Both the position numbers and the translations under genes were made by a program. A stretch of DNA of 64,000 nt, taken from sequence record OQ427096.1; one strand, 5' to 3'. Within the stretch, counting starts at the first letter, position 1. Every line of letters starts with the position of its first letter. Positions 37,945 through 48,034 of the stretch are shown piece by piece. The notes below the pieces were generated by a model. That model saw only the letters and a program-made list of their open reading frames with translations. It was not told the origin of the DNA and did not search any database.

Positions 37945-38709
37945 ATGGCAAAACTCAACTCGCGAGAAGAGTTCACCAACTACTGTCTGAGAGCTCTCGG
38001 TGCGCCTGTAATGCGCATCAACGTAGACGCCCAGCAGGTTGATGACCGAATCGAAGACGCCCTAGACCTATTCTGGGAATATCACTCTGATGGTTCGGAA
38101 CTCGTATTCCTGAAGGTACAGGTTACTGAGACGATGAAGCAGCAGGGTTACCTCCAGCTTCCTCCTGAGACTCAGTCTGTTCTGCGCGTCATCAATGCAG
38201 GCTCGGGTATGGATGGAGGCGGAAACGGTATCGCAACTATCAACCTGCAGTATCAGCAGTACATCACCGATATCATGAACCCTCGCCGCATCATGCAAGG
38301 TGATGGTCTTTCAGCTTACTACATCACTCAATCTTACCTCAACACTTTGAACGACACGTTCTCTGCTGAGGACAGAATCCAATTCAACCAGCACTACGAT
38401 AAGCTCTATATTCTTGGTGACTGGGATGCTTTGACTGTTGGATCTTGGATGGGCATTGAGTGCTACCGCCGTGTAATGCCTGAGGTTTCGGGCGATGTAT
38501 GGAACAACCGCTGGCTCAAGAAGTATGCTACTGCACAGATCAAGAAGCAGTGGGGAACGAACCTTGTGAAGTTTTCCAATGTCCAGCTACCTGGTGGTGT
38601 TCAATTGAATGCTCAGGAAATCATGGATGAAGCGAAGGAAGAGATTCAGACGCTGAAGCAAGAACTTCACGACATGTATGAAGAGCCACCGAATTTCTTC
38701 GTAGGTTAA
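37945..38709 (+). CDS. gp13: Neck protein gp13
   Basis: SREEF..YCLRALGAP...INV...QV.DRI; W.K.YATA.IK.QWG.NL.KF....LPGGV.LN. Confidence 0.95.
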   Translation: MAKLNSREEFTNYCLRALGAPVMRINVDAQQVDDRIEDALDLFWEYHSDGSELVFLKVQVTETMKQQGYLQLPPETQSVLRVINAGSGMDGGGNGIATINLQYQQYITDIMNPRRIMQGDGLSAYYITQSYLNTLNDTFSAEDRIQFNQHYDKLYILGDWDALTVGSWMGIECYRRVMPEVSGDVWNNRWLKKYATAQIKKQWGTNLVKFSNVQLPGGVQLNAQEIMDEAKEEIQTLKQELHDMYEEPPNFFVG

Positions 38710-38743
38710 ATATCTCGAACATTAATCATTTCGAGAACCTATC

Positions 38744-39388
38744 ATGGCCTTGAACCGCTACTTCAACACTGCGAACGAGAATTCCGAACAGGAACTCTTT
38801 GAGGATCTGGTCATCGAGATGATCCAGATGAACGGGCAGGACGTTCTCTATATTCCTAGAGAAATCTTTGAGGTTGATCCTGTCCTTCAGGAGCCGAAGA
38901 AGACTGTCTTCCGTCGCAACTTCATCATTGAGGCTTACCAACCGGATGGTTACGGCTATCCGGGTGAGCAGAACATCATGTCTAAGTTTGGCTTCCGAGT
39001 CAATCAGACTGCTGACTTCATTATGTCCAAGAAGCGTTTCGCTGAGCTTGGAACTGGACGAGAGCGTCCGATGGAAGGTGACCTCATTTATGTCGGCAAT
39101 CCCTACGATCCAGATTTCTCTCTGACCAACACTCTGTTTGAGATCAATCAGGTATGGTACAACCAGCCTGACTGGCAGTTTGGTCGCCACTTCACTTACA
39201 AGCTGGTATGTGAGACCTGGACTGGTTCTCGTGAGAAGTTCCAGACCGGTAAGACTGCACTTGATACAATGGAGACAGTGTCTGATGACAGCGAGGAGCC
39301 AGCACGTGTCAATGAAGGCATCATCTCTGCGAAGACCGGAATCATCGTTGACCAGTTTGATCGCCACAATCCATTCGGTGACTTCTAA
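38744..39388 (+). CDS. gp14: Neck protein gp14
   Basis: EQ.L.EDL..E.IQ..G.DV.Y.PR; SKFG; RP.EGDLIY; NPFG C-terminus. Confidence 0.95.
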   Translation: MALNRYFNTANENSEQELFEDLVIEMIQMNGQDVLYIPREIFEVDPVLQEPKKTVFRRNFIIEAYQPDGYGYPGEQNIMSKFGFRVNQTADFIMSKKRFAELGTGRERPMEGDLIYVGNPYDPDFSLTNTLFEINQVWYNQPDWQFGRHFTYKLVCETWTGSREKFQTGKTALDTMETVSDDSEEPARVNEGIISAKTGIIVDQFDRHNPFGDF

Positions 39389-40128
39389 TGTCAAGACCTC
39401 ACTTCTATTGGCAGACAACTAAAAAGCTGATCGTGGCATTTGCTACGATCTTTGATGAGATCGAGGTCACTGATGACTTTGGTCGACCTTACAAGGTACC
39501 TTTGATTTTCTCCCAGAAAGAGAAGTTCATTGAAGCCATCTACTCCAGTAAGAGTATGGGCGAGACCGACATTGATATCACATTCCCTCGAATGGGTTTC
39601 GAGTTGGCAGGTATGAACTACGCTCCTGAGCGTAACCTCAACCCACTGAACCAGATTGTCGATCAGATGGATGACGGTGAAGAGGTGATGACCTACAACC
39701 GAGTCCCGTACGATCTACAGTTCGATCTCTACATTGGTGCTCGTAAACTCGAGGACTCTCTAAAGGTACTTGAACAGATCATTCCGTTCTTTACTCCTGA
39801 GCTGTCTGTCACCATCCGTGATAGAGAGGACTTCCAGCTTGAGACTGTGGTTCCTGTCACATTGAACTCGACGTCGGTTAATATCGACTATGAAGGAACC
39901 TTTGATACAAAGCGTACGATCATGTGGACCCTAAACTTCACCGTGAAGGGATACTACTACCCGGACCGTCGTGCTACCAACATGATCAAGCAAACGATTC
40001 TTAACTTTGGTGACAAAGATTACGAAAGAATCTTCTCTAAATACACGAGTACAGTCACACCAATCGAAGCTGGTCCTAATCAGATTCACACGGTTGTGGA
40101 CACACATGGATCACAATTCGAGGAATAA
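39388..40128 (+). CDS. gp15: Tail sheath stabiliser/terminator gp15
   Basis: HFY....KK.IVAF...F; VPL....KEKF; PRMGFE; VPYD..F.LYI; EQI.PFF.P. Confidence 0.95.
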   Translation: MSRPHFYWQTTKKLIVAFATIFDEIEVTDDFGRPYKVPLIFSQKEKFIEAIYSSKSMGETDIDITFPRMGFELAGMNYAPERNLNPLNQIVDQMDDGEEVMTYNRVPYDLQFDLYIGARKLEDSLKVLEQIIPFFTPELSVTIRDREDFQLETVVPVTLNSTSVNIDYEGTFDTKRTIMWTLNFTVKGYYYPDRRATNMIKQTILNFGDKDYERIFSKYTSTVTPIEAGPNQIHTVVDTHGSQFEE

Positions 40129-40131
40129 GAA

Positions 40132-40410
40132 ATGACGTTTGAAGAATTTCTAGGTGAAGCCATCAAAGGATGGAAGCACGCACATAACGACCTTGCAAAG
40201 CATCGTCGCGAACAGTCTCAGGCAGGAAATGAATGGCATACGCATGCGCTGAACAAGTCTGGTAAGGAAAGCGGTATGCACGATGCTCGTAAGTCGCACG
40301 CATCAGAAGCAGCTGCTCGTGCTCACCATGAACAGTTGAAGAAGAATAACCCGAACTCGCATATCGCGCACAACCTGTACCACAACGGTAAGCACGTCGG
40401 AACGATGTAA
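40132..40410 (+). CDS. Small His-rich protein with capsid-targeting-like N-terminus
   Basis: MTFEEFLGEA start; 13 His in 92 aa. Confidence 0.65.
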   Translation: MTFEEFLGEAIKGWKHAHNDLAKHRREQSQAGNEWHTHALNKSGKESGMHDARKSHASEAAARAHHEQLKKNNPNSHIAHNLYHNGKHVGTM

Positions 40411-40922
40411 TGCAAAATGCCCTTGATGCAATCTCACAATCCCTAGGTGCCGCAACTCCTGTTGCGACCATTCCTCGCCCATCTCAAGAAATTGCGAAGG
40501 TTGATGAGTTCAAGGAAGCACCTGAGATTGAAGATGATTATCAGGAGGCTCGTTCTAATCTGAAGGAACTAATCACTCAGGTAATGGAATATGTACCTGA
40601 GGTAGTAGAACTGACACGTCAATCACAGTCAGACAAGATGATCAATGCGATGGCCAATCTGCTAAACACAGCAGCCAATCTCAACATCAACTTGTCTAAG
40701 CTGTCTAAGGACATCAAGCAAGCTCCTAAGGGTAAGGGAGTCGTTGCCGGCTCTCCACAGGAAGAAGTTGCTCAGGTATCTAACACTACGAATATTTTCG
40801 TTGGTTCTACAGAAGAGTTCTTGGATATGATGATGGAGAAGGATAAGCGTGCCAAGGAAGCTGCAAAGGCAGCCCAAGCAGCTTCCGTCATCGAAGGCGA
40901 ATGCACGACAGTAGAGACGTAA
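40410..40922 (+). CDS. gp16: Terminase small subunit gp16
   Basis: EDDY..AR.NL and NTTNIFVGSTEE.L motifs; upstream of gp17. Confidence 0.85.
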   Translation: MQNALDAISQSLGAATPVATIPRPSQEIAKVDEFKEAPEIEDDYQEARSNLKELITQVMEYVPEVVELTRQSQSDKMINAMANLLNTAANLNINLSKLSKDIKQAPKGKGVVAGSPQEEVAQVSNTTNIFVGSTEEFLDMMMEKDKRAKEAAKAAQAASVIEGECTTVET

Positions 40923-41419
40923 CATTCCATTGGACTCAGAAGAGCCTTCGGAGCATATCCTCACTTCGTTCGGAATTCGGAGACTCTGACGAGTCTCCTC
41001 ATAGTGGTCATAATGTCTTTCTGAACCTTGAATTTTAATCACAATTCGGCCAAGCTGGCTCAAATGATGATTAAGAGTTTAATCACAAGACTGGTCTGAC
41101 CCTATACAGGACACGGGGAATCGGTGGCGCCCTATTAGTCAGGATTGGTGCAATTAAGCAATCCCGCCAGTCCATATGCCGCACAGTCTCTGAGCATATG
41201 AACACACCAGTTGCAAAGTAAGCAGAGCTGGTCAAACTTTAAGCCGTAAAGGCTCTTTGAATTGTCTCTGGTACTACACTCAACAGACTCTATCTCACGT
41301 CGCGACTACGCTTAGCCGACGGCTAGTTCTGATCTAATTTTGAGAAACAATTGGTAAATATTCTTACATACATATGGTAAATGATTTCCTGTGGTTGGAC
41401 AATAAGACTTGGAAACAAT

Positions 41420-43069
41420 ATGAAATTCGATAAGACATACCATGGTGAAATCAATCCCATGGATCAGTACAATGGATTGAACAACCTTAAGAAGGCAGGC
41501 GTCAAGATTCAGATGACTCCTGAACAGGCTGAAGAGTTCTACAAGTGCTCACAGGACTTCGAGTATTTCCTTGAGAACTACGTTGAGATTTTGAGCCTTG
41601 ACCAAGGCACTGTTCCGTTCGTTCCGTTCGGCTATCAGCGCCGTGCAATGAAGAAGATCGTAGGCAACCGATTCTCAATCCTGCGATGGCCACGACAGAT
41701 GGGTAAGACTACGACAGTAGCAGCCGTCCTGTTGTGGTACGCCATCTTCAACAAGAAGTACAATATCTACGTTCTGGCTCAGCAGCGTGGACAGGCTATG
41801 GAAATTCTTGATCGTATCAAGGAAATGTACGAGTGCCTGCCATGGTGGTTCCAGCCTGGTATTCACACGTGGAACAAGGGTTCGATCCAGCTGGGCAACA
41901 AGTCCAAGATCGTGACAGCAGCTACCGGCGGTTCAGGTGTTCGTGGTAAGTCGGTCAACCTTCTGTATCTTGACGAGTTCGCATGGGTCGATAACGATCA
42001 CGAGTTCTACACAGCAACCTACCCTGTCGTATCTTCGGGTGACACGTCCAAGATCATCATCACGTCTACGCCTAACGGTATGAACCTGTTCTACAAATTG
42101 TGGACAGAGGCTCTGCGCGGTGACAACAACTATGTCTGGGACGATGCCTTGTGGCATGAGCATCCTAAGCGAGACAAGGCTTGGTATGACGAGCAGATGG
42201 CTAACATGTCTGAGCGTCAGTTCAATCAGGAATTCATGTGCGAGTTCCAAGGTTCGTCTGATACGCTGCTCTCGCCGGCAACTCTTCAGAGACTGGTCTT
42301 CCAGAATCCGATTCGTCTGCTTGGTGATCATAAGGAATTCAAGATCTATGAGGATCCGATTCCTGGACACTTCTACGTCATCACCGTTGACGTCTCGGAA
42401 GGTGTAGGTAAGGACTACTCAGTTGTTTCGGTCATTGACGTCACCGAGGCGCCTTATAAGCAGGTTGCAATGATGCGATCAAACATCATGTCTCCATTGC
42501 TGCTGGCTGACCTTGTTGATAAGACAGGTAAGAAGTACAACGATGGCTATGTGATCGTTGAGTCGAACACCTATGGTAAGCAGGTTGTTGATGCCCTGTG
42601 GATGGACTACGAGTATGAGAACATGCTTCTCTCCCGTGGTGGCAACAACGATGCAAAGATTTCGGGTGCGCGCAATGAGCGTATCGCACCAGGCGTCAAG
42701 ACTACAAAGAAGACCAAGCAGATCGGCTGCTCAACACTGAAGGGTTTGATTGAGTCGAGTCAGCTCATCATCAACGACTACGACACTATCGAGGAACTCA
42801 ACTCGTTCTCTAAGAAGGGAACAAGCTATGAGGCTGAGAAGGGCAAGTACGATGACATTGTGATGAGCCTTGTTATCTTCGCGTGGTTCTCTGCACAGCC
42901 TTACTTCGAGGACACGTTTGATCAGAACACGAGAGATCTTGTTCGTCAAAACATCCTGCAGGACGCTGAGTATCACACTGCCTTCGGATTCATGGACGAC
43001 GGCACTGACGATGGTTTCGACTTCGGCTTTGGCAAGCAGAGTGAGGAATTGTTGGAGACTTTCCACTAA
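41420..43069 (+). CDS. gp17: Terminase large subunit gp17
   Basis: Start MKFDK at 41420. PRQMGKTT Walker A, LYLDEFA Walker B, STPNG, DVSEGVG.DYS and DD.VM motifs. Confidence 0.97.
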   Translation: MKFDKTYHGEINPMDQYNGLNNLKKAGVKIQMTPEQAEEFYKCSQDFEYFLENYVEILSLDQGTVPFVPFGYQRRAMKKIVGNRFSILRWPRQMGKTTTVAAVLLWYAIFNKKYNIYVLAQQRGQAMEILDRIKEMYECLPWWFQPGIHTWNKGSIQLGNKSKIVTAATGGSGVRGKSVNLLYLDEFAWVDNDHEFYTATYPVVSSGDTSKIIITSTPNGMNLFYKLWTEALRGDNNYVWDDALWHEHPKRDKAWYDEQMANMSERQFNQEFMCEFQGSSDTLLSPATLQRLVFQNPIRLLGDHKEFKIYEDPIPGHFYVITVDVSEGVGKDYSVVSVIDVTEAPYKQVAMMRSNIMSPLLLADLVDKTGKKYNDGYVIVESNTYGKQVVDALWMDYEYENMLLSRGGNNDAKISGARNERIAPGVKTTKKTKQIGCSTLKGLIESSQLIINDYDTIEELNSFSKKGTSYEAEKGKYDDIVMSLVIFAWFSAQPYFEDTFDQNTRDLVRQNILQDAEYHTAFGFMDDGTDDGFDFGFGKQSEELLETFH

Positions 43070-43138
43070 CCTGAGAACATAAATATCTCAGACATATTGC
43101 TTACATGAAGCACGATTTTTGATCTCAGGAGAATATAG

Positions 43139-45115
43139 ATGGCATCATCTAATCTAAGCCCTGGAGTTGGTTTCACTGAAACTGACCTCACCAACATTGT
43201 TGGTTCTTCTGGCACCTCGGGCGGTGCATTTGCGGGTGACTTTGCGTGGGGACCAGTCGAGCAGATTGCGACAGTGTCTTCGCCATTGGAACTCGAGAAG
43301 ACCTATCACAAGCCAGATGACAAGAACTACACTTCTTGGTTCTCTGCATTCAACTTCCTCGCTTATACTGGCGACCTGAAGATTGTTCGTGCGGCTGACG
43401 AAGATGCAATCAACTCTTCGGATGACGGCAACGGCTTCCTGGTAAAGAACTCGAACCACTTTGAAGTTGTCAAGACTGCTCCTACAACTGTGCAGTTCGC
43501 TGCAAAGTATCCGGGTGCACTGGGTGACTCGATCGCTGTTCACATGGCTGACGCTTCGACGTTCGCTGGTTGGCAGTATGCGTATCTCTTCGACACCGCT
43601 CCGGGCTCCTCGCAGTGGGCTGAATCCCTTGGTGCAGCGAATGACGAACTTCACATCGTGATCGTTGACAAGCAGGGTAAGTTCTCGGGCGTGGTTGGTT
43701 CGGTGCTTGAGACCTTCTCTTACCTGTCGAAGGCTTCGGATTCCAAGGATGCGAACAACGGTCCTAACTTCTACATCAACGTCCTGAACCGTACTTCTAA
43801 GTATGTCTGGGCGCTGGCTCTTCCTACTGGCGCAGATCTGTCTGCTCCTTCGACCGGTAAGGTTGCTTCGGTAACTGTCGGCGCAGGTGGTACAGGCTAC
43901 ACTGCGGCACCAACCGTAACATTCTCTCTTCCAGCAACAGGCGGCGTTCGTGCTACCGGTACTGCAACTGTGACGGCTGGCGCTGTAACTGGTGTGACCA
44001 TCACCAATGCAGGTTCCGGATACGTCACGGCTCCTACTATCACATTCGCAGGAGCGGGTACAGGTGCAACGGCAACTGCGGTTGTTGGCACTGTCACTGA
44101 CGCTGCAGAATGGGGTACTCCAGGTGTGGTTGCAGGTGAAGCACAGACCTTCAAGCGCCTTGTCGCTGTAAAGGCTGCTCCTCTGACCGGTGGTAAGGAT
44201 TCGACTGCTATCACTGCAGGTGACCTGACTCGCGCTTACGATCTGTTCTCGAACCAGGAAGAAGTCGACGTATCGTTGATCTTCACTGGCGATGCAGGTG
44301 GTGAGACTGAGCACAACGTTACTGTCCAGAGTGCAATCGACAACCTTGCTGAATCCCGTCGCGACTGCGTTGTGTTCTACTCGCCGCAGCTTTCGGACGT
44401 CCTGAACAAGACTCAGTCTGACGCAGTGAACGCTGTTGTATCGACTCGTAACCTCGTTGGACGCGCAAGCTCCTACGCTGTTATGGACTCGGGTTGGAAA
44501 CTCCAGTACGACGTTTACAACGACAAGTACCGTTGGATCCCGCTGAACGCTGACCTCGCAGGTCTCTGCGCCCAGGTTGACAGCACCAATGATCCATGGG
44601 TCAGCCCAGGTGGTTACACTCGCGGTCGCCTTAAGAACGTTGTCTCGCTGGCGTTCAACCCGAACAAGACCAGCCGTGATGCGATCTACAAGGTCGGTAT
44701 CAACCCAGTTGTCACGTTCAACACTGACGGAACTGTCCTCTACGGAGACAAGACCCTGCTCGGTAAGAACTCGGCATTTGGACAGATCGGTACCCGTCGC
44801 CTGTTCATCTCCCTGGAGAAGGATATCTCGACGGCTGCTAAGTACTACCTCTTCGAGACCAACAACGACTTCACACGAAACAACTTCGTGAACATGGTGT
44901 CGCCAAAGCTCGAACAGGTACGCGGACGTGGCGGTATCGAAGACTTCCGCGTTGTTTGCGATACGTCGAACAACACCGCCGAGGTCATCATGAACCGTCA
45001 GTTTGTTGGTTCGATCTTCATCAAGCCTGTCTACTCGATCAATTGGGTTCAGCTCAACTTCGTTGCGGTCCGTCAGGACGTCAGCTTCGACGAAGTGGTC
45101 GGTGGCACATTCTAA
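43139..45115 (+). CDS. gp18: Tail sheath protein gp18
   Basis: SPGV...E.DLT; F.WGP; KYPG.LG; DSGWK..YD.YND.YRW.P; R.N.RRLF-like GTRRLF. Confidence 0.97.
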   Translation: MASSNLSPGVGFTETDLTNIVGSSGTSGGAFAGDFAWGPVEQIATVSSPLELEKTYHKPDDKNYTSWFSAFNFLAYTGDLKIVRAADEDAINSSDDGNGFLVKNSNHFEVVKTAPTTVQFAAKYPGALGDSIAVHMADASTFAGWQYAYLFDTAPGSSQWAESLGAANDELHIVIVDKQGKFSGVVGSVLETFSYLSKASDSKDANNGPNFYINVLNRTSKYVWALALPTGADLSAPSTGKVASVTVGAGGTGYTAAPTVTFSLPATGGVRATGTATVTAGAVTGVTITNAGSGYVTAPTITFAGAGTGATATAVVGTVTDAAEWGTPGVVAGEAQTFKRLVAVKAAPLTGGKDSTAITAGDLTRAYDLFSNQEEVDVSLIFTGDAGGETEHNVTVQSAIDNLAESRRDCVVFYSPQLSDVLNKTQSDAVNAVVSTRNLVGRASSYAVMDSGWKLQYDVYNDKYRWIPLNADLAGLCAQVDSTNDPWVSPGGYTRGRLKNVVSLAFNPNKTSRDAIYKVGINPVVTFNTDGTVLYGDKTLLGKNSAFGQIGTRRLFISLEKDISTAAKYYLFETNNDFTRNNFVNMVSPKLEQVRGRGGIEDFRVVCDTSNNTAEVIMNRQFVGSIFIKPVYSINWVQLNFVAVRQDVSFDEVVGGTF

Positions 45116-45139
45116 GAACAACTACTCGTAGTATTCTTG

Positions 45140-45167
45140 AGCCCCGGGAAACCGGGGCTTTTCTTTT
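45140..45167 (+). terminator. Rho-independent terminator
   Basis: AGCCCCGG-gaaa-CCGGGGCT-TTTCTTTT after gp18. Confidence 0.85.
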
Positions 45168-45201
45168 GCCTAAATAGAACGATGACAATTGGTAACCTGG
45201 C

Positions 45202-45666
45202 ATGACATTTGAAGATTTCCTATACGAAGCGTTTGGTGTGAACGAGGTTGTGACCTATGGCACAAACCCGACAGCTGACAATGGCGCCTTCTCAAGGCAT
45301 GAAGGTTCTATTCACACCTACATCCTGTTCCGAGGCAAGAAGTTTATGATCTTGTTCCTCACACAGGACAGCTCAATCACATTCTCATTGGTCAGCGAGA
45401 AGAACCTTGATTCGACGTTGATTCCTCAAAAGGAGTCTAAGGATGGTCTCGTGTTCTACAACAAGATCTTCTCGGCTATGAACGTGGTGCTCAATGCTGC
45501 ACACGCTAAGAAGTTTCAGTTTGAAGGTGAAACCGACGAGCTTAAAGACCTCTATAGCAAGTTCGTGTCCAACCGATCATTTCTCAGAATGCTCAAGGAC
45601 AAAGGCTGGCGATACGACGGAGAGAAATACGAAGGTTTGTATCTTTTCTCGAAGGTCAGCAAATAA
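45202..45666 (+). CDS. Hypothetical protein with capsid-targeting-like N-terminus
   Basis: MTFEDFLYEA start; own TAAATA at 45171. Confidence 0.7.
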   Translation: MTFEDFLYEAFGVNEVVTYGTNPTADNGAFSRHEGSIHTYILFRGKKFMILFLTQDSSITFSLVSEKNLDSTLIPQKESKDGLVFYNKIFSAMNVVLNAAHAKKFQFEGETDELKDLYSKFVSNRSFLRMLKDKGWRYDGEKYEGLYLFSKVSK

Positions 45667-45741
45667 ATACACATGATTCTCGATTAGTATGGTTAGGTCC
45701 ATAGAGATTCATCAATTCAATCTCAATAAAGGATAACTATC

Positions 45742-46290
45742 ATGGCACAGGCAGACGTTTATTCGTTTCTTGCTAACTTCCGTGGTGGCGGTGCTCGCCC
45801 TAACCGTTACCGCGTCAACATTTCCTTCCCGCTGTCTGTAGGTCGCGCTGTTGAAGCAGCAACCAAGATCAGCTTCACCTGCCAGTCGGCTTCGATTCCT
45901 GAATCCACACTGGGTGCCATTGACGTGCCTTACATGGGTCGTCAGGTAAAGATCCCGGGTGATAAGGTTTGGGGTGATTGGACTGTTCAGATCCTCCTCG
46001 ACAACGACTTCCTCGGACGTACCGTTTTCGAGCAGTGGCAGGATCAGCTGCTTGGTTTCCGAACCAACGTTGCTCAGCCACAGATGCTGAATCCAATCTT
46101 CTCGTATGCACAGGCAGACATCATCACTCTGGACCGTGCAGACCAGGAAGTACAGCGTTACCGCGTTTACGGTATCTTCCCAACAATGGTTGGCGAAATC
46201 CAGCTCGGCTACGACCAGAACGACCAGATCGCTCTGCAGCCAGTGACGTTCGCAATCAATGGCTGGGAATCTACAGCTACCCGTTTCTAA
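45742..46290 (+). CDS. gp19: Tail tube protein gp19
   Basis: GGARPNRY.V; C.SASIP....G.I.VPYMGR.VK.PGD.....W.V; F...W. Confidence 0.95.
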   Translation: MAQADVYSFLANFRGGGARPNRYRVNISFPLSVGRAVEAATKISFTCQSASIPESTLGAIDVPYMGRQVKIPGDKVWGDWTVQILLDNDFLGRTVFEQWQDQLLGFRTNVAQPQMLNPIFSYAQADIITLDRADQEVQRYRVYGIFPTMVGEIQLGYDQNDQIALQPVTFAINGWESTATRF

Positions 46291-46307
46291 GCTATGAAAC
46301 GAAGGAC

Positions 46308-46336
46308 AGCCCAGTGAAATATCTGGGCTTTTCTTT
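46308..46336 (+). terminator. Rho-independent terminator
   Basis: AGCCCAG-N8-CTGGGCT-TTTCTTT after gp19. Confidence 0.75.
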
Positions 46337-46372
46337 GGATTAAATATCATGTGAAACCATGAAGGAACTATC

Positions 46373-48022
46373 ATGCAGATTTTTGGTTACGAATTCGGGA
46401 AGAAGAAAGAACCTACACAAGAGTTGACCACGTTCAATATCGACCGTGAGACTACCTCTGAGGTCGTCGTTCCTGAGACCTATTACAATGACCATGCGGG
46501 CGTCATGTCCGTTCCGTATGAGTTGCTCCAGACTCCGGCGGATGAAGCCGAGCTTATCCGTTCTTATCGCGATCTTGCATCCACAGCTGAGGTCGATGAA
46601 GCCCTGCAGGAAATCCGAAACGAAGTTTTCATCTTCGACGTTCCTGGTAAGAAGGCTGTTGAACTAGATTTTGTCACAGAGTCTAAGCTATCAGCTGCGA
46701 TGCGCAAGAAGATTGCTGCAGAGTTTGATGAAGTTTACAAGCTCACTGACTTTGATATCAACGGCGCACAGTGGTTCGACGATTGGTATGTAGACTCCAA
46801 GATCTACCTCTACAAGATGGTAGATTACACCAAGCTCAAACAGGGTATCCAGAAGGTTCAGTTCATTGACCCACTCAAGATTCGTCTTGTCCGTGTCATG
46901 CCCAAGCCTAATCCGGATGGAACCTTCGATGCTGCTAAGGTCAAGCAGTTCTATCTGTATAGCAACTTTGATCCTAAGTCTCATCCGCTCAATCAGGTTA
47001 TTCAGCTCCAGCAGGGTACATCAATCCAAGGCATTCAAATTCGTCCAGAGAGCATCACCTATGTGAACTCTGGTCTGTTTGATCGCAACCTTGGTCGCTT
47101 TGTCGGTTATCTGAAGAAGTCGATTGTACCATTCAACATGCTTAAGATGATGGAAGATGCAATGATCATCTTCCGTGTCGTTCGTGCACCTGCACGTCGC
47201 GCCTTCTATGTTGACGTGTCTGGTCTGCAGAAGAACAAGGCTGAGGCTTACATCAAAGACCTCATGGCCAAGTTCAAGAACAAGATGGTCTATGACTCGA
47301 AGACAGGGCAGCTGTCTGATCGTCGTAACATCATGACCATGTTGGAAGACTACTGGCTGCCTCGTCGTGAAGGCAAGTCCACTGAGGTTACGACCATTGA
47401 AGGTCAGAACTCTCAGGACATCATGGATGAAATCGAATACCTACGCGACAAGTTCTGGCGTTCGCTAGGCGTACCTCGCAGCCGCTTCGGTGACCAGCAG
47501 ACTCCAAACCTGTTTGGTAAGGGTAACGAGATCACTCGTGACGAATATCGCTTCACAAAGTTCCTGCACACTCTGCGCTCGCGATTCATTCCTGTTCTGG
47601 AAGACATCCTACGCACTAACCTGCTGCTCAAGAAGATCATTACTGAGGCAGACTGGAACGATATCAAGCGCGATATCATCTGGAACTACACTGAGGACAA
47701 CACCTTCGTTGAATCGAAGGAAACGGAAATCCTCAACAACCGTCTCAATACTTTAAATACAATCGATCCTCATGTAGGCAAGTATTTCTCCAAGCTGTAT
47801 GTTCAGAAGAACGTTCTTCGCATGTCCGAGAAGGAGATCGCAGAAGAAGATAAGCAGCTTGCAAAGGAACACGCATCAGGCATCCACGATGACCCAGATG
47901 CAGAAGACGGCGACAATGGCGCGACTTTCAGCGGTAACGCTCCGCCTCAAGGTCAGGATGACGGAGAGGAACAAGAGTTTGCAGACATCCAGCCGGGCGA
48001 CAACCCATTTCCAACAGATTAA
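46373..48022 (+). CDS. gp20: Portal protein gp20
   Basis: L.MMEDA..I.RV.RAP.RR.FYVDV..L.K.KAE.Y; M.MLEDYWLPRREGK.TEVTT. Confidence 0.97.
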   Translation: MQIFGYEFGKKKEPTQELTTFNIDRETTSEVVVPETYYNDHAGVMSVPYELLQTPADEAELIRSYRDLASTAEVDEALQEIRNEVFIFDVPGKKAVELDFVTESKLSAAMRKKIAAEFDEVYKLTDFDINGAQWFDDWYVDSKIYLYKMVDYTKLKQGIQKVQFIDPLKIRLVRVMPKPNPDGTFDAAKVKQFYLYSNFDPKSHPLNQVIQLQQGTSIQGIQIRPESITYVNSGLFDRNLGRFVGYLKKSIVPFNMLKMMEDAMIIFRVVRAPARRAFYVDVSGLQKNKAEAYIKDLMAKFKNKMVYDSKTGQLSDRRNIMTMLEDYWLPRREGKSTEVTTIEGQNSQDIMDEIEYLRDKFWRSLGVPRSRFGDQQTPNLFGKGNEITRDEYRFTKFLHTLRSRFIPVLEDILRTNLLLKKIITEADWNDIKRDIIWNYTEDNTFVESKETEILNNRLNTLNTIDPHVGKYFSKLYVQKNVLRMSEKEIAEEDKQLAKEHASGIHDDPDAEDGDNGATFSGNAPPQGQDDGEEQEFADIQPGDNPFPTD

Positions 48023-48034
48023 AGGAGCCGATTA

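Noticed and set aside
37772-37990. 72-aa ORF between the small conserved gene and gp13
   Set aside because: It overlaps both neighbours, has no clear RBS and contains the gp13 promoter; probably spurious.
40979-41020. CUGACGA resembling a hammerhead ribozyme core
   Set aside because: The motif is locked inside its own 8-bp hairpin, and I found no downstream stem II-GAAA-stem III arrangement.
40662-41063. 133-aa minus-strand ORF entering the gp16-gp17 gap
   Set aside because: Mostly antisense to gp16 with no motifs. It does not explain the non-coding gap.
43860-44100. Gly/Thr-rich TV..GG.GYT.AP.VT repeats in gp18 (similar segments in gp7-like and gp8)
   Set aside because: Ig-like insertions of this kind are, as far as I recall, common in T4-like sheath and baseplate proteins; not novel.
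43154-45121. 655-aa antisense ORF over gp18 (and 418-aa antisense ORF 50767-52023 over gp23)
   Set aside because: These are in-register mirrors of highly expressed genes that avoid TTA/CTA/TCA codons, so antisense stops are rare. The translations have no recognisable motifs or RBS.
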